Shown: positions 1-11,347, numbered from the whole stretch's first letter. The stretch: DNA of 62,303 bases, filler included, from 5 parts of 5 records of this genome joined end to end with filler, not necessarily neighbours in it, one strand, 5' to 3'. The notes: generated by a model not told the origin, from the letters alone. Program-made: numbers and translations.

Positions 1-171
1 TTGATGAAATTAACCATGTTTTCAAGTTCTTTTCTTTTTTTATCAGGTAAATTTGTTAATGAATTTATCAAGGTTGACCCCTTTCTAATACATAACCCCT
101 TCCTTGTTATCGTTTCGGGAAGGAGTATATCTAGTGTTTTTAGCAATAATAAATATTATAGCATAATGATA

Positions 172-933
172 TTAATTTTTCTTACAAACTTCCAAATTAA
201 TCAAAACCCTTATCTGAATGACTCCTCCTATTGATTCAACATATTCAGAAATTTTCTCATAGAATAAATCTAGTGAAGAATCAGATACAGCATTGGTACT
301 AAATGATTTCAATAATTGGATATATCGATCTTTCGAGTATGTCAGATCATAACTGATTTCATGATGACCAATTAAACTAAAATAATTACTCTCGATAATT
401 TCATTTTGTCTTTGCATTATTTTCTGTTTTTGTAATTCTCTTATATCGATCTCACTTGAATTATCATAATGATATTCACTGTATATTTTTTGAATTGCTT
501 GAAAATGATCCTCTTCAGCGATTTGATAATTATTCCAGTATAGAATTAAGAATCCATTTTCCTTAAGAAGTTCAGATGCCTTTTTATACTTAGTTGATTT
601 ATCAAGCCAATGGAATGCTGTAGCTGAAAAAATTCCATCAAAAAGTTTATTCGTATGAAATTCATCAAATGTTCCATTGAAGAATGAAATATTATTGCTT
701 TTAATTTGTTCTCTTGCGATGTCCAATAAAGAACTACCAGGCTCGATGAGAGTAAGTTCAGGATTCCAGAAATCCAATATTTCCTGTGAAGCAACTCCGT
801 GACCTGCTCCGATTTCTAATAGTGATGATTCAGTAGAAAACTCTGTATAGGAATCAATAATTTGATAAACTTCCTCCGGGTAACCGGGCCTTCCATTTGA
901 GTATATTTTTGCAACTTTATCGAATGTATTCAT
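172..933 (-). CDS. Class I SAM-dependent methyltransferase
   Basis: LEIGAGHG motif I, 'FSATAFHW' motif, N-terminal 'GRPGYP'; GGAG RBS upstream. Confidence 0.85.
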   Translation of the reverse strand: MNTFDKVAKIYSNGRPGYPEEVYQIIDSYTEFSTESSLLEIGAGHGVASQEILDFWNPELTLIEPGSSLLDIAREQIKSNNISFFNGTFDEFHTNKLFDGIFSATAFHWLDKSTKYKKASELLKENGFLILYWNNYQIAEEDHFQAIQKIYSEYHYDNSSEIDIRELQKQKIMQRQNEIIESNYFSLIGHHEISYDLTYSKDRYIQLLKSFSTNAVSDSSLDLFYEKISEYVESIGGVIQIRVLINLEVCKKN

Positions 934-1028
934 TTAGTTAAGCTCCTATCTATATAAATTTTAGTGAATAAACTAAAAATTAACAATGTGTAATAGTAGA
1001 TTAAGCATCCGTGTAGTTCGAATCGCCG

Positions 1029-1967
1029 TTATTCTTGTTTCCATGAACTTAATCTTCGCCCAAATTCCTCGATATGCATTTTACTTGTTCCACAACAGCC
1101 ACCGAGAATTTGAATATCAATTACTTTATTCAGTTTCTCTACAGCATTGGCTAAACTAATAGGATCACTTGATTGAATCTCATTACAACCGTCTAATTCC
1201 TCTGGGCTTAGAGGTGAAGAATTAACTTGAACACCTCTAAATCTATTTCGAACCCTATCAGTCATATTAAATGCTTTTGTTAGCGTAGACATTAAGCGCT
1301 CGGGATGAATGCAGTTACTCATGTAACATAATGGATGTCGTTCAGTTGCATCATCTATCATTTGTATAGCATTGTCTAAGCTTGTCCCGTCCAGTAAACA
1401 TCCATCATCTCCCAACATGAAACTTATGATATAGGGTAATCCGCTTACCTCCATGGCTTTGGCCATACCAATAGCTTCCTGTATTTCAGGCATTATTCCT
1501 GCATAAAGATAATCAACACCTGCATTATAAAATACATCTGCCTGCCATTTATGGAAAGAATACGCTTCGTCTATATTACATTGTTTTTCACCATTATACG
1601 CATCTCCCCTGCAACCCATTAATCCACCGATATAAACTTTAGCACTCGATTTACTACGTAATTCAGATAGAAATTTTACATTGTCAATAATAAGTGGCTT
1701 ATCAAATCCATGTGCTTCAATTCGTTCTTTATTCGCCCGTCTTGTTGGTGTCATTATCATTAATGGTAAGCTGTAACGTTCCGCAATAGAAATATACTCA
1801 CCGAAAATCTCTTTAAGAGCAATACGCCCTTCATCTAAGTTTATCAAAGAAGCCATTGCGACTCCATCGCTATCATAATTAATGAAAAATTCATTCTTAA
1901 GGCGTTCTCCAATAGCACCTTCCATTAGTATTTTTTTGTTACTATTAAATGCATCTATAAATTTCAT
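1029..1967 (-). CDS. Homocysteine S-methyltransferase family protein
   Basis: 'MSNC' and 'GGCCGT' zinc-ligand motifs; N-terminal 'EGAIGERL'. Confidence 0.85.
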   Translation of the reverse strand: MKFIDAFNSNKKILMEGAIGERLKNEFFINYDSDGVAMASLINLDEGRIALKEIFGEYISIAERYSLPLMIMTPTRRANKERIEAHGFDKPLIIDNVKFLSELRSKSSAKVYIGGLMGCRGDAYNGEKQCNIDEAYSFHKWQADVFYNAGVDYLYAGIMPEIQEAIGMAKAMEVSGLPYIISFMLGDDGCLLDGTSLDNAIQMIDDATERHPLCYMSNCIHPERLMSTLTKAFNMTDRVRNRFRGVQVNSSPLSPEELDGCNEIQSSDPISLANAVEKLNKVIDIQILGGCCGTSKMHIEEFGRRLSSWKQE

Positions 1968-2008
1968 GTTGTATCATCCCTTTTCCTAAGCTTAAAGATT
2001 ATTGGTGT

Positions 2009-2452
2009 TTATTTATTTAACTCATTAATTCTCCCATTTTTAATTTTAGTACATAAATACCTAGTACAACCTTGATATTTTTCCCCTAAACACTCTATCT
2101 CAAATCCAAGTTTTTTATAAAACTCTACAGCATCATCGTCTGTTTCAGCTTTTATTTTATTTATATTAGAATTATTAATTAAATAATTAATTAAGCTTTT
2201 TCCAATACCTTTAAATCTAGCTTTTTTACTTACAGCTATATGTTTTATAGTTATTATCTTTCCTAGGGTTTCAATACCAATAATTCCTAAAATTATACTA
2301 TTATCTTCATATGTATAAATTTCTTTATTATTTGATTTCAGATAATCATTAATTAATTTTTCAAGTTTCTCGTTTGTCGGTTTGTATAAACATTGAGAAA
2401 GCACATCTAATAAATCTCTTTCTTTAAAATTATCTTTAATAATTTTGATCAT
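2009..2452 (-). CDS. GNAT family N-acetyltransferase
   Basis: 'IAVSKKARFKGIGKSL' acetyl-CoA motif and 'AVEFYKKLGF'. Confidence 0.85.
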   Translation of the reverse strand: MIKIIKDNFKERDLLDVLSQCLYKPTNEKLEKLINDYLKSNNKEIYTYEDNSIILGIIGIETLGKIITIKHIAVSKKARFKGIGKSLINYLINNSNINKIKAETDDDAVEFYKKLGFEIECLGEKYQGCTRYLCTKIKNGRINELNK

Positions 2453-2950
2453 TCAGTTTCTCCTAAATTCTTGCGATACTAAAGCTTCATTATGTACAAT
2501 ATGTTGCCTATCGAAATTTTGTTGTAAAATCTTTTCTTTAATAAAAGTTGGCTTTAAATTGATATGTCTTATCTCATCAATGGTAAACCACTTATAGACA
2601 ATTCTTGGATCATCTAAACCCTTGAACTCATTTTCAACAGTTTTTAATGACGTTTTAGATTTTAATTTATATACAAATCCTAACTCATGAAAATTTTTAT
2701 TATTATATTTAAAAAAGTTTTCAGTAGTCAAAATTAGTTCAACAGAATCTATAGTCCAACCCAACTCTTCATAAACTTCTCTTTTAATGGCAGTTTTACT
2801 TTCTTCAAAAATTTGAACTTTCCCACCAACTAATGCCCAGAAATCATCAGTATTTAACTTGTGTAACAAGTATTTACCATCTATTTCAATAATTCCAGAT
2901 ACTCGACACAAGAAGTTTCCTGATGATGAATTATATTTTATATCTTTCAT
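2453..2950 (-). CDS. NUDIX hydrolase
   Basis: Nudix box 'GGKVQIFEESKTAIKREVYEELG'. Confidence 0.85.
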   Translation of the reverse strand: MKDIKYNSSSGNFLCRVSGIIEIDGKYLLHKLNTDDFWALVGGKVQIFEESKTAIKREVYEELGWTIDSVELILTTENFFKYNNKNFHELGFVYKLKSKTSLKTVENEFKGLDDPRIVYKWFTIDEIRHINLKPTFIKEKILQQNFDRQHIVHNEALVSQEFRRN

Positions 2951-3023
2951 CGTAGCTCCTTTCTAGTTATGTTTAAGTTTTAAAAGACGTCTATGCTTAC
3001 TCGATATTTTATTAATATAGTCT

Positions 3024-4175
3024 TTAAATAAACTTATTAGATTTATTTCTAAAGCTACTTGGTAAATATTGAGAAGCTATTCTATTTTCTGGATTTTTAT
3101 CAAAGAGATATAAAACTATCAGAAATATATATTCAAGTGGCTTCATCAAAATATATGTAAAATTAGCTCTGTTTTCCGTAGTTATTATATTGGATAGTGG
3201 ATAGCCATATTTATCATAGTTTGAACGAATTACTTTATGAAGCCTTGGCGATTTCTCTTGAATCAGCTCTTCGAAAGCATTTGCGATCATTAACTGCCGA
3301 TTAATTACAATTTTATTTCCTCGCCTAAGTCCATATCGTAGAGGTTTTACTAGTTTTTTATTACCACGTAGAGAAACAGTACAGAGATAATGTGCATGAG
3401 TTTCAATAGGTGGTGGTGATATCTGTTGTGATAAAGTCCAGTCACTTGTTTGGGTAAAAGCTTCTATTAGACTATCAGGTCTTTGTCCAAAGAGGATTAG
3501 TATAATAGTTATCAGAGCATAAAGTGGGAATAGCAGTATAAAGGAAACTCTAACATAGCCTTTACTCTTTAGAAGAGTTAAATTTAAAAATTTTAAGAGT
3601 TTATTATTATATACTCTTTCCTGCGCTATATAGCTTTCTATTATCTCTTTTATCTTTAGAGTTGATAAAAAGATGAAGTTTAATGGAAACAGGATTAGTA
3701 ATAGAGATTCAATATAAACTGTAAATTTCCCAAACTCATCAAAAAACAAATTTTTTCCGATTTGAATAATAAAAATTGCTCCAACTAAATTAGCAAAAAC
3801 CAAAGCACTCAATGATAAGCATAGAGCTAATGGTGCAAGCTTCTTAAACTTAAATCTCAGTAATATATATGCAAAACAACCGATTATAAAAAAAATAACA
3901 GGTGTCCACAAATGCTCAGCGCTTAATGGAGCATGAAAACTCGCAATATCAATGTTGATTTGTATAGCTTCATAATATTCCTTAAAATCCATAGCAATCC
4001 AAAAGATTCCACTAAATATTATACCCAATACAATGGTAATGATGTCTATATATTTAGATTTCGTAAAATTGCTTATCTTTTTAGAATCTGTAAATGCCTC
4101 AATAAATGTTGCTAGATTAATTAGTGATAGAACAGCTGGTACTCCAAGAAAAAACAGTAATGCTAATACGCCCAT
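3024..4175 (-). CDS. Conserved membrane protein (DUF6688-like)
   Basis: Several TM segments followed by conserved 'HYLCTV...NRQL..ANAFE...YDKYGYP' block. Confidence 0.65.
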   Translation of the reverse strand: MGVLALLFFLGVPAVLSLINLATFIEAFTDSKKISNFTKSKYIDIITIVLGIIFSGIFWIAMDFKEYYEAIQINIDIASFHAPLSAEHLWTPVIFFIIGCFAYILLRFKFKKLAPLALCLSLSALVFANLVGAIFIIQIGKNLFFDEFGKFTVYIESLLLILFPLNFIFLSTLKIKEIIESYIAQERVYNNKLLKFLNLTLLKSKGYVRVSFILLFPLYALITIILILFGQRPDSLIEAFTQTSDWTLSQQISPPPIETHAHYLCTVSLRGNKKLVKPLRYGLRRGNKIVINRQLMIANAFEELIQEKSPRLHKVIRSNYDKYGYPLSNIITTENRANFTYILMKPLEYIFLIVLYLFDKNPENRIASQYLPSSFRNKSNKFI

Positions 4176-4349
4176 GTTAACCTCTTTTCATATTTAAAAT
4201 TGAAATCCAATTTTTAATTTCTCATATAATCCTTTTTCAACGCTTTTTTCAATAGTCTGCATAACTATTGGCCATAATTCAGGAACATTTTAATCTTTTT
4301 TAATTTCTCTATTTCTATCCTTACTGAAAGGGTGCATATGTAGCGAGTA

Positions 4350-5996
4350 TTATATTTCGTTTATATCTGAAAGTAGTTTTTTATATTTTTTGAACAGATG
4401 CTTGCGGATTTTATGTGTGTAGTATTCATTATAATACTGATCACCAATAAAATTAATCATTTCTTCTCTGTCATTTTTCCCTGTGAACAATTTTCTATAT
4501 AAATCCCATTCTTTAATTATCCATTCCTTATCACCAGAGCTTGCAGCGCTTACTCCAATTTGTTTTCGATAATAGCATTTTCTAACTAGAGCAAGTTCTT
4601 CTTTAGTATAACTTCCTCCTGCATATTGTATTCCTTTATTACTACCAGGAGCATAAAAGGTCATGTGCTCTTTTATCCTATCTTCATATATCGAAGTATT
4701 GTATTGTCCTAAATTAAAAGGCAATTTTCTTTTTTTCGGATAAATTAAAGCAGTCCAATACTTAATTGTTTTGCTATGTTTAATATATTTATTCGCTTCA
4801 TCAATAATCTCTTTTCTTCTTATCTCAATATAATTGTCTAAAACATGTATTTTATTTAAATTCAATAAGTAGATACTCCATGCTAACTCATTTTTAGGAT
4901 TTTTATCAATTACTTCTTTTAAAATTGATAAGCCTTTATTAATAAAGTAATCCCCTTCTATATCAAAATTAATATCAGTTCCACTAAATAAAGTTCTCAA
5001 TTCTTTGTTCAAGTCATTGCTTTCTTTATATTGAAACTCTTTTTTCAAGACATATTTTTCTTCAATTTCAATAAAGTACTTAAAAAACAAATCTCTTTCA
5101 TTAGTTTTTAAAAAAGGAAAAATGTTTTTTTCTACCATTTTTTTATCCAGTTCTTTTACATTTTCACTAAAATAAAGCTTTTTACCTCGATTGTATGCTA
5201 ATGAGAATAGTCTTAGTGCAATTAAAAGTTTTTCGTTTTCAGAGATATACTTTTCATTTATATTATTTAATTTCTTCAATTCTAAATAATCATAATATGA
5301 AAGAAATCTCACTTCGACATTGTTCCATTTCTCAGGTTCAACATTTTTCATTTCCCAAGATATTTTGTTTCCATCAATTGAGTAATTTTTTGGATTTACT
5401 TTCAAAATTCTCTCATTTAAACCTTCTAGAAAAATTAAGTCAATCTTTACACTTCCAATTGGATCTTTCCAAAATTTACCTGTTTGAATGATGTAGTAAA
5501 TATTTTGAAAAGCATTATCATAGCCGTTATTAGATATAACGTTATAAGAAAGCTCAATTACATTTAAACCACTTTTCAAAGTCATTTCCCATCCAAAACC
5601 AAATTCACCATTATATTTTTTCACATTCTTAATAATTCTATCCGCATATTTAACCTTAAAGTCATAGATTTCACTATTGAATCCAGAATGATAAAGAAGA
5701 TACTCATGCTCTTTAGGAAAACCTATTGGGACAGTTTTTGCTTTAGAAGATGTGTTATTCATATAGAACTTTGCAAAAACCTTAAAAACTTGATTTCTTT
5801 CTGAATCTTCATCATAACCAATTGTTTTAGAATTTTTTTTAGTTTCCTTAATAATAATTTCTTCTTTTTCCATTACAATGTCAGAGTTATGAATAGGAAC
5901 GATTCCCCTTCCTTCATATCTTGTCGGTGCTATGTCAGAAAAAGTAATTTGACTAGTAAAAATAATTGAAAAAAATATTAGAATAATCGCTTTAAT
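4350..5996 (-). CDS. Exported protein with DUF4424-like N-terminal domain, probable ATT start
   Basis: AGGAGGAG RBS followed by ATT AAA GCG giving signal peptide MKAIILIFFSIIFTSQITFS; 'IVMEKEEI', 'PIGFP', 'YIIQTGKFWKDPI' motifs. Confidence 0.6.
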   Translation of the reverse strand: MKAIILIFFSIIFTSQITFSDIAPTRYEGRGIVPIHNSDIVMEKEEIIIKETKKNSKTIGYDEDSERNQVFKVFAKFYMNNTSSKAKTVPIGFPKEHEYLLYHSGFNSEIYDFKVKYADRIIKNVKKYNGEFGFGWEMTLKSGLNVIELSYNVISNNGYDNAFQNIYYIIQTGKFWKDPIGSVKIDLIFLEGLNERILKVNPKNYSIDGNKISWEMKNVEPEKWNNVEVRFLSYYDYLELKKLNNINEKYISENEKLLIALRLFSLAYNRGKKLYFSENVKELDKKMVEKNIFPFLKTNERDLFFKYFIEIEEKYVLKKEFQYKESNDLNKELRTLFSGTDINFDIEGDYFINKGLSILKEVIDKNPKNELAWSIYLLNLNKIHVLDNYIEIRRKEIIDEANKYIKHSKTIKYWTALIYPKKRKLPFNLGQYNTSIYEDRIKEHMTFYAPGSNKGIQYAGGSYTKEELALVRKCYYRKQIGVSAASSGDKEWIIKEWDLYRKLFTGKNDREEMINFIGDQYYNEYYTHKIRKHLFKKYKKLLSDINEI

Positions 5997-6432
5997 TTTA
6001 AACTCCTCCTTTTTATTTTTCCAAATGATATATAATTTATTTATAACAACACAAATATAACAGTTCAAGAAATAACGAGTAAGTCTATTACGTGTTATTT
6101 TTTACTTACTCTAAATTATACATTTTATTAACGGCTGCATCAAGTAAAACTAACATCATAAAACTTTAATATGTAACAGGAATAATTTATTTATTCTTGT
6201 TTTATAAAAAATTAAAATGAAAAAACTGCTATATTTACCTAAAATTAGCTTTAAAATGATTGTTTTAATGAATAGATAACACTAAATTGAATCTAGAAGA
6301 TTATTAAATGGAAATTGAAAAACCCTTTATCATTTAACAAGTTCTTTACGACTCTCTTATAGATAAAAAAGTTTTAATATTGTATAATATTATCTAAAGA
6401 GACAGAAAAGCTTATTTTAGTTGGGAGAAAAA

Positions 6433-7494
6433 ATGAAGCGAATTAAGGGTTGGTTTTCATTACCAGAAAAATTTAATGAATTAGATGAGTATATATACAG
6501 AAGATGTCAAGTTACAAACTTCTTTTTAGTAATGTTTATGCTGGTGTTTGGATTTACAGTTGTATTGAATATATTGTATGGATTTTATTCTGTTGCTATT
6601 TCAGAGACTATACTTATAATAATTTCGTATTTTGTTAGAAAAAATTTGGTACAAAATATGAAAATTGATATATCAGGTTGGCTTACTATAATTATTATGA
6701 CAACACTTGTCATAGGGTTAATTTTTTTACGACAAGGAGTTCAGCAAAGTTATGTTAATACTTTACTTGTTCCAATTGTAGGAATAACTATTTTGGGATA
6801 TAAGAAAGGTGCAATTGCCTCAATTATTTATTCAGGGTTGGTTATTATGACTCTCTGGTATGGCAGTAATAATAACTGGCAACTTGATAGTATTAGTGAG
6901 ATGTATATAAATGTTACTCTTGCACTATTTGGTGTAATATGTACAATGGTCTATGTAGACTGGACTAAGGAAGTTGTTTTTAATAGAGTAAAGCTAATGG
7001 CTTTAAAAGATCCGTTAACAGGAATTTGGAATAGGAAGAAATTTGAAGAAGTTATTGAGTTTACTCTAGATAGTTATAGAAAAAAGAAAATACCATTTTC
7101 AATGCTAATCATGGATATAGATCACTTTAAAAAAGTGAATGATACTTTTGGGCATGATAAAGGTGATGAAGTCCTTGTAGAAATGGCGCGAAGAATTGAA
7201 AAGATTCTTAGCAAAAAAGACACGTTCGTTAGATGGGGTGGAGAAGAATTCGCAATAGTTATGCCAGAGGCAAACGAGAAAGTTGTGAAAGAATTTGCGG
7301 AACAAATTATAAAACGAATGAACAATAGTGAATTTGATCAAGTAGGAAAAGTAACTGTAAGTATAGGATATGGCACAGTTTATAATAGAGTAATAGATGA
7401 TGCAAAACCTTTTTTTAGAGAGATTGATGAAGCACTTTATCTGGCTAAGCGGACTGGACGGAATAGAGCGTTATCGATTGAGGAAATAGGGTAA
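6433..7494 (+). CDS. Membrane-bound diguanylate cyclase (GGEEF)
   Basis: N-terminal TM helices; 'DPLTGIWNR', 'DIDHFKKVNDTFGHDKGD', 'RWGGEEF'; no RxxD I-site (SKKD). Confidence 0.9.
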   Translation: MKRIKGWFSLPEKFNELDEYIYRRCQVTNFFLVMFMLVFGFTVVLNILYGFYSVAISETILIIISYFVRKNLVQNMKIDISGWLTIIIMTTLVIGLIFLRQGVQQSYVNTLLVPIVGITILGYKKGAIASIIYSGLVIMTLWYGSNNNWQLDSISEMYINVTLALFGVICTMVYVDWTKEVVFNRVKLMALKDPLTGIWNRKKFEEVIEFTLDSYRKKKIPFSMLIMDIDHFKKVNDTFGHDKGDEVLVEMARRIEKILSKKDTFVRWGGEEFAIVMPEANEKVVKEFAEQIIKRMNNSEFDQVGKVTVSIGYGTVYNRVIDDAKPFFREIDEALYLAKRTGRNRALSIEEIG

Positions 7495-7502
7495 GCTAAG
7501 AT

Positions 7503-7535
7503 AAAAGTTCTCTTCGAAAATGAAGAGAACTTTTT
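7503..7535 (+). terminator. Intrinsic (likely bidirectional) terminator
   Basis: AAAAGTTCTCTTC-gaaaat-GAAGAGAACTTTT inverted repeat between convergent genes. Confidence 0.8.
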
Positions 7536-7672
7536 ACTTTGAAAATCTTATTAATAATTTTAAGTAGAATTTTGATTGTATTTGGTATAAAATACCATGA
7601 AATTTTACCTAAGATCCAAAGTTAAGCCAGTATAATAATCAAGAGACTTATTAGTTTTCATATACTTACTTC

Positions 7673-8107
7673 TTAAACTACTTTAATCAAAAACCGACAC
7701 TCCTCGTAGCCACTCAATATTGTTGATAAAATCTCAACTTCTATTTTAGAGTTTGGACTAAGTGTTTTCAATACGTGTATAATACTTTGCCTTGAACATT
7801 CACAGATACAGTTTGAATTAATATATCCCTGTTTATGTAGCTCACATGTGCAACTTGAATATGTAAGTTCATACTCAGTTCCAGATTTATTTACAATTCC
7901 ACTAATTCCCTCATATTGAGATAAGTTCAAGAAGAACTTGTCAAAACTATTTTCAGAATCTATGAAAAGTTTTTGATATCTATTAATTGCTCCTCTATTT
8001 ACACAGTTAGCTCCACATTCTGAAAAGAACTTTTCTTTTGATTCCTGATCCAAATTTGCCATTCCTTTTTCAAACCACTTAAACCAATCTTTTATAAAAT
8101 CTGACAT
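7673..8107 (-). CDS. Cys-rich hypothetical protein (DUF6144/V4R-like)
   Basis: 'CGANC', 'CTC', 'CECS', 'STILSG..ECRF' pattern; GGAGG RBS. Confidence 0.55.
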   Translation of the reverse strand: MSDFIKDWFKWFEKGMANLDQESKEKFFSECGANCVNRGAINRYQKLFIDSENSFDKFFLNLSQYEGISGIVNKSGTEYELTYSSCTCELHKQGYINSNCICECSRQSIIHVLKTLSPNSKIEVEILSTILSGYEECRFLIKVV

Positions 8108-8455
8108 TTTAGCCTCCGTTTGCTCACTCTAATCATTTTGGATGAATTTAGAATCTTGATATAATATAATTAGTTAATTAAGTACTCAAAATCAATTATA
8201 CCTTGTGAATCTAAGCATATCAAGTAAATGTAAGCTAAATAATTATTAGAATTGTAGATGAGATCAAAAATCGAAATATTAGAAAAGTATTGGAGAAAAA
8301 ATGAAATGTAATGTCTCAAAGAATGTGGTAAGATTATTTGTAGAAACCGGTTATGAAATGCAAGTTTAAACTTAAAGAAACAATTAGCAAATGTAAATTT
8401 AATAGAACTGTGTCAGTCATTGTAAAATATTATTAAGAATCTTCAGAGGTGTGAA

Positions 8456-9304
8456 ATGCGTATAAAAGGAAAAGAAGATATCGAATTAGCAAAAGGATTT
8501 CCATTTAAAATATATAAAACAAATGGAAATAAAGATAATGATGTAGTTCCTCATTATCACAGCTGTTTGGAGATCAATTATATAATAAGCGGAACAGGGA
8601 TAAACATAGTTGAAGATGTAGTTTATGAGATGAAATCAGGCGAAATATATGTTATAAACAATTATGAACATCATATGGCATATGCGCATGGTGAATATGA
8701 GATGATTGTTATCTATTTCGAACCCGAGCTTGTTTGGAATCAAGATAGCTTCAATTATAAATATCTGAACCCGTTTTTCACCAGATCAGAGGATTTTTCC
8801 AATAGAATTGATAGAGAAAATGGTAAAAAAATTAGTAGGTTAATCAGAAAAATTTATTGTGAATGGGAAGAAAAAGATGAAGCTTATCAATTAATTGTAA
8901 AAGCATATCTTATGGAGATGCTTGCTCTCATGAATAGGCATTACAAAAGTGATAAGATAAATCATAAAGAGAGTGCTAAGTATAATCTATATGGTCAGGT
9001 TCATGAAGTTATACAGTATATTCATCAAAATATCCAGAACAAGTTAAGCCTTGAGGAGTTGGCAAAGATAGCCTGTATGAATAAGACCTACCTGTCTACA
9101 TATTTCAAAAAGGCTACAGGAAACAATCTATCAAGTTCCATAGAGTCAGTTAGAATTAATAAAGCGATACAACTGCTAAAAACAACAGATATGTCAATTA
9201 CAGATATCTGCTTCGAGGTTGGTTTTAATAACACGACACACTTTAGCAGAGTTTTTAAGCAACACACAGGAGTTTCAGCAAGAGAGTTCCGAAAAAGTTT
9301 ATAG
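8456..9304 (+). CDS. AraC family transcriptional regulator
   Basis: N-terminal cupin 'PHYHSCLE'; C-terminal 'ICFEVGFNNTTHFSRVFK' HTH. Confidence 0.92.
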   Translation: MRIKGKEDIELAKGFPFKIYKTNGNKDNDVVPHYHSCLEINYIISGTGINIVEDVVYEMKSGEIYVINNYEHHMAYAHGEYEMIVIYFEPELVWNQDSFNYKYLNPFFTRSEDFSNRIDRENGKKISRLIRKIYCEWEEKDEAYQLIVKAYLMEMLALMNRHYKSDKINHKESAKYNLYGQVHEVIQYIHQNIQNKLSLEELAKIACMNKTYLSTYFKKATGNNLSSSIESVRINKAIQLLKTTDMSITDICFEVGFNNTTHFSRVFKQHTGVSAREFRKSL

Positions 9305-9335
9305 GTTATAAAAAATAAAACAAAAGAGGTGTAAG

Positions 9336-11330
9336 ATGAAAATAATTTCTTTAAATAACGGATTTGAAATTGTACACAACGAAAGAACATTAATTAAGCA
9401 CACTGAGGAAGCTCCATTTTTATTTTTAGGAAAGGGAAAATCAGATATTGATATGTATAGAGGGAATTTTACTATAAATGATGATTTATTTGAAAGAATT
9501 CCTATGAGAAAATTTGAAATAAATGGAAATCTACTTAGTTTTATTGATAATGGAGAAAAGAAACTGGAAATCAAAATAGTTGAAGATAAAGACAAAGTGT
9601 ACTTTGAGTTTAATCAACTTGACAAGGAATATAATAGAATGTTCTTTAGAATAGATGCTGACAAAGATGAGCATATCTACGGATGTGGAGAACAGGTGTC
9701 TTACTTTGATCTGAGAGGGAGAAATTTCCCGATTTGGACATCAGAGCCGGGAGTAGGAAGAGATAAATCAACTCACATAACTTGGCAGGCAGATCATATA
9801 ATGGGGAAAGCCGGAGGAGATTATTATAATACAAATTATCCTCAACCAACATTTACATCAACTAAAAAATATTTCTGTCATGTAGACAGTACTGTATATA
9901 TGGATTTTAACTTTAAAAATGACGATTATCATGAGTTGGAAATATGGGAAGTACCAAAATATATTATGTTTGAAACTGGAGAAACTTATTTAGATATTGT
10001 TGAAAAACTTACAGATTTCTTTGGTAGACAACCAGAACTACCTGATTGGGTATATGAGGGAATCATACTTGGGATTCAGGGAGGAACGCAGGTTAGCCTT
10101 GATAAAATATCAAAAGTACAAGCTGAAGGAGTAAATGTAGCTGGTATCTGGATTCAAGATTGGCAAGGAATAAAAATGACTTCATTTGGTAAGAGGTTAT
10201 TCTGGGATTGGAAATGGAATTCTGACTTATATCCTGATTTAGATAAAAAAATATGGGAGCTTAAAGAGAAGGGGATCAGAACTCTTGGGTATATTAATCC
10301 TTATGTTGTAAACGAAGGGACTCAATTTGTAGAAGCTGAAGAAAACGGATATTTAGCATTGAACAAAGAGGGAGAAACATATTTAGTAGATTTTGGTGAG
10401 TTCTACTGTGGTGTAGTTGATTTCACAAATGAAGAAGCTTATGAATGGTATAAAAATATAATCAAAGTTAATATGATAGATTTTGGTCTGGATGGTTGGA
10501 TGGCTGATTTCGGCGAATACCTACCTACTGACTGTGTATTGTCAAATGGAGTAAGCGCAGAAGTGATGCATAATGCATGGCCTGCTATATGGGCAAAGGT
10601 AAACTATGAAGCAGTGAAAGAAGCAGGTAAACTTGGAGAAGTAGTATACTTCATGAGAGCTGGATTTACAGGTAATCAGAAATATTGTACACTTCTATGG
10701 GGTGGAGATCAGTGTGTTGACTTCAGTAGACATGATGGTATAGGGACAGTTATCCCGGCAGCACTGTCAGCAGGAATGACTGGAAATGGACTTCATCATA
10801 GTGATGTTGGAGGATATACGACTTTATTTGAATTAGCCAGAACTCAGGAACTATTTATGAGATGGGCTGAACTTGGGGCCTTTACACCATTTATGAGAAG
10901 TCATGAAGGTAACAGACCTGACACAAACCATCAATTTGACACAGATGTAGAAACGATGCAGCATCTGGCAAGAATGACAGAAGTGTTTAAGAAATTAACT
11001 CCATATACAAAATCACTTGTCAAAGAGAATGCAGATAGAGGAATACCTTGTCAAAGACCTATCTTCATGCATTATGAAGATGATGCAAAGTCATATGATA
11101 TTTTATTCCAATATATGTATGGTAGAGACCTTATAGTTGCACCGGTAATAACAGAAGGAGCTACAACAGTTGACCTGCATCTGCCGGAAGATGAATGGGT
11201 ACATCTGTGGACTGGTAAAGAGTATAAAGGCGGAGATTATACAGTGGATGCACCACTTGGTCAAATTCCTGTATTCTATAGAAAATCTTCTGAGTATAGA
11301 GAGTTGTTTGAAGAAATTGGAAAATTATAA
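9336..11330 (+). CDS. yihQ: GH31 sulfoquinovosidase (YihQ-type alpha-glucosidase)
   Basis: 'WMADFGEY' nucleophile, 'WGGDQ' acid/base, sulfonate-binding QQRWY residues in LGIQGG, IQDW, KRLFW, GGYT. Confidence 0.85.
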   Translation: MKIISLNNGFEIVHNERTLIKHTEEAPFLFLGKGKSDIDMYRGNFTINDDLFERIPMRKFEINGNLLSFIDNGEKKLEIKIVEDKDKVYFEFNQLDKEYNRMFFRIDADKDEHIYGCGEQVSYFDLRGRNFPIWTSEPGVGRDKSTHITWQADHIMGKAGGDYYNTNYPQPTFTSTKKYFCHVDSTVYMDFNFKNDDYHELEIWEVPKYIMFETGETYLDIVEKLTDFFGRQPELPDWVYEGIILGIQGGTQVSLDKISKVQAEGVNVAGIWIQDWQGIKMTSFGKRLFWDWKWNSDLYPDLDKKIWELKEKGIRTLGYINPYVVNEGTQFVEAEENGYLALNKEGETYLVDFGEFYCGVVDFTNEEAYEWYKNIIKVNMIDFGLDGWMADFGEYLPTDCVLSNGVSAEVMHNAWPAIWAKVNYEAVKEAGKLGEVVYFMRAGFTGNQKYCTLLWGGDQCVDFSRHDGIGTVIPAALSAGMTGNGLHHSDVGGYTTLFELARTQELFMRWAELGAFTPFMRSHEGNRPDTNHQFDTDVETMQHLARMTEVFKKLTPYTKSLVKENADRGIPCQRPIFMHYEDDAKSYDILFQYMYGRDLIVAPVITEGATTVDLHLPEDEWVHLWTGKEYKGGDYTVDAPLGQIPVFYRKSSEYRELFEEIGKL

Positions 11331-11347
11331 ATTGAGATAAAAATATG

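Noticed and set aside
172-6068. Co-oriented accessory genes as an integron cassette array
   Set aside because: No recurring attC-like RYYYAAC...GTTRRRY hairpins or shared spacer motif and no integrase; at most an insertion hotspot
8343-8354. GAAACCGGTTAT as a LacI/cre-like operator upstream of araC
   Set aside because: Short imperfect palindrome, too weak to support alone
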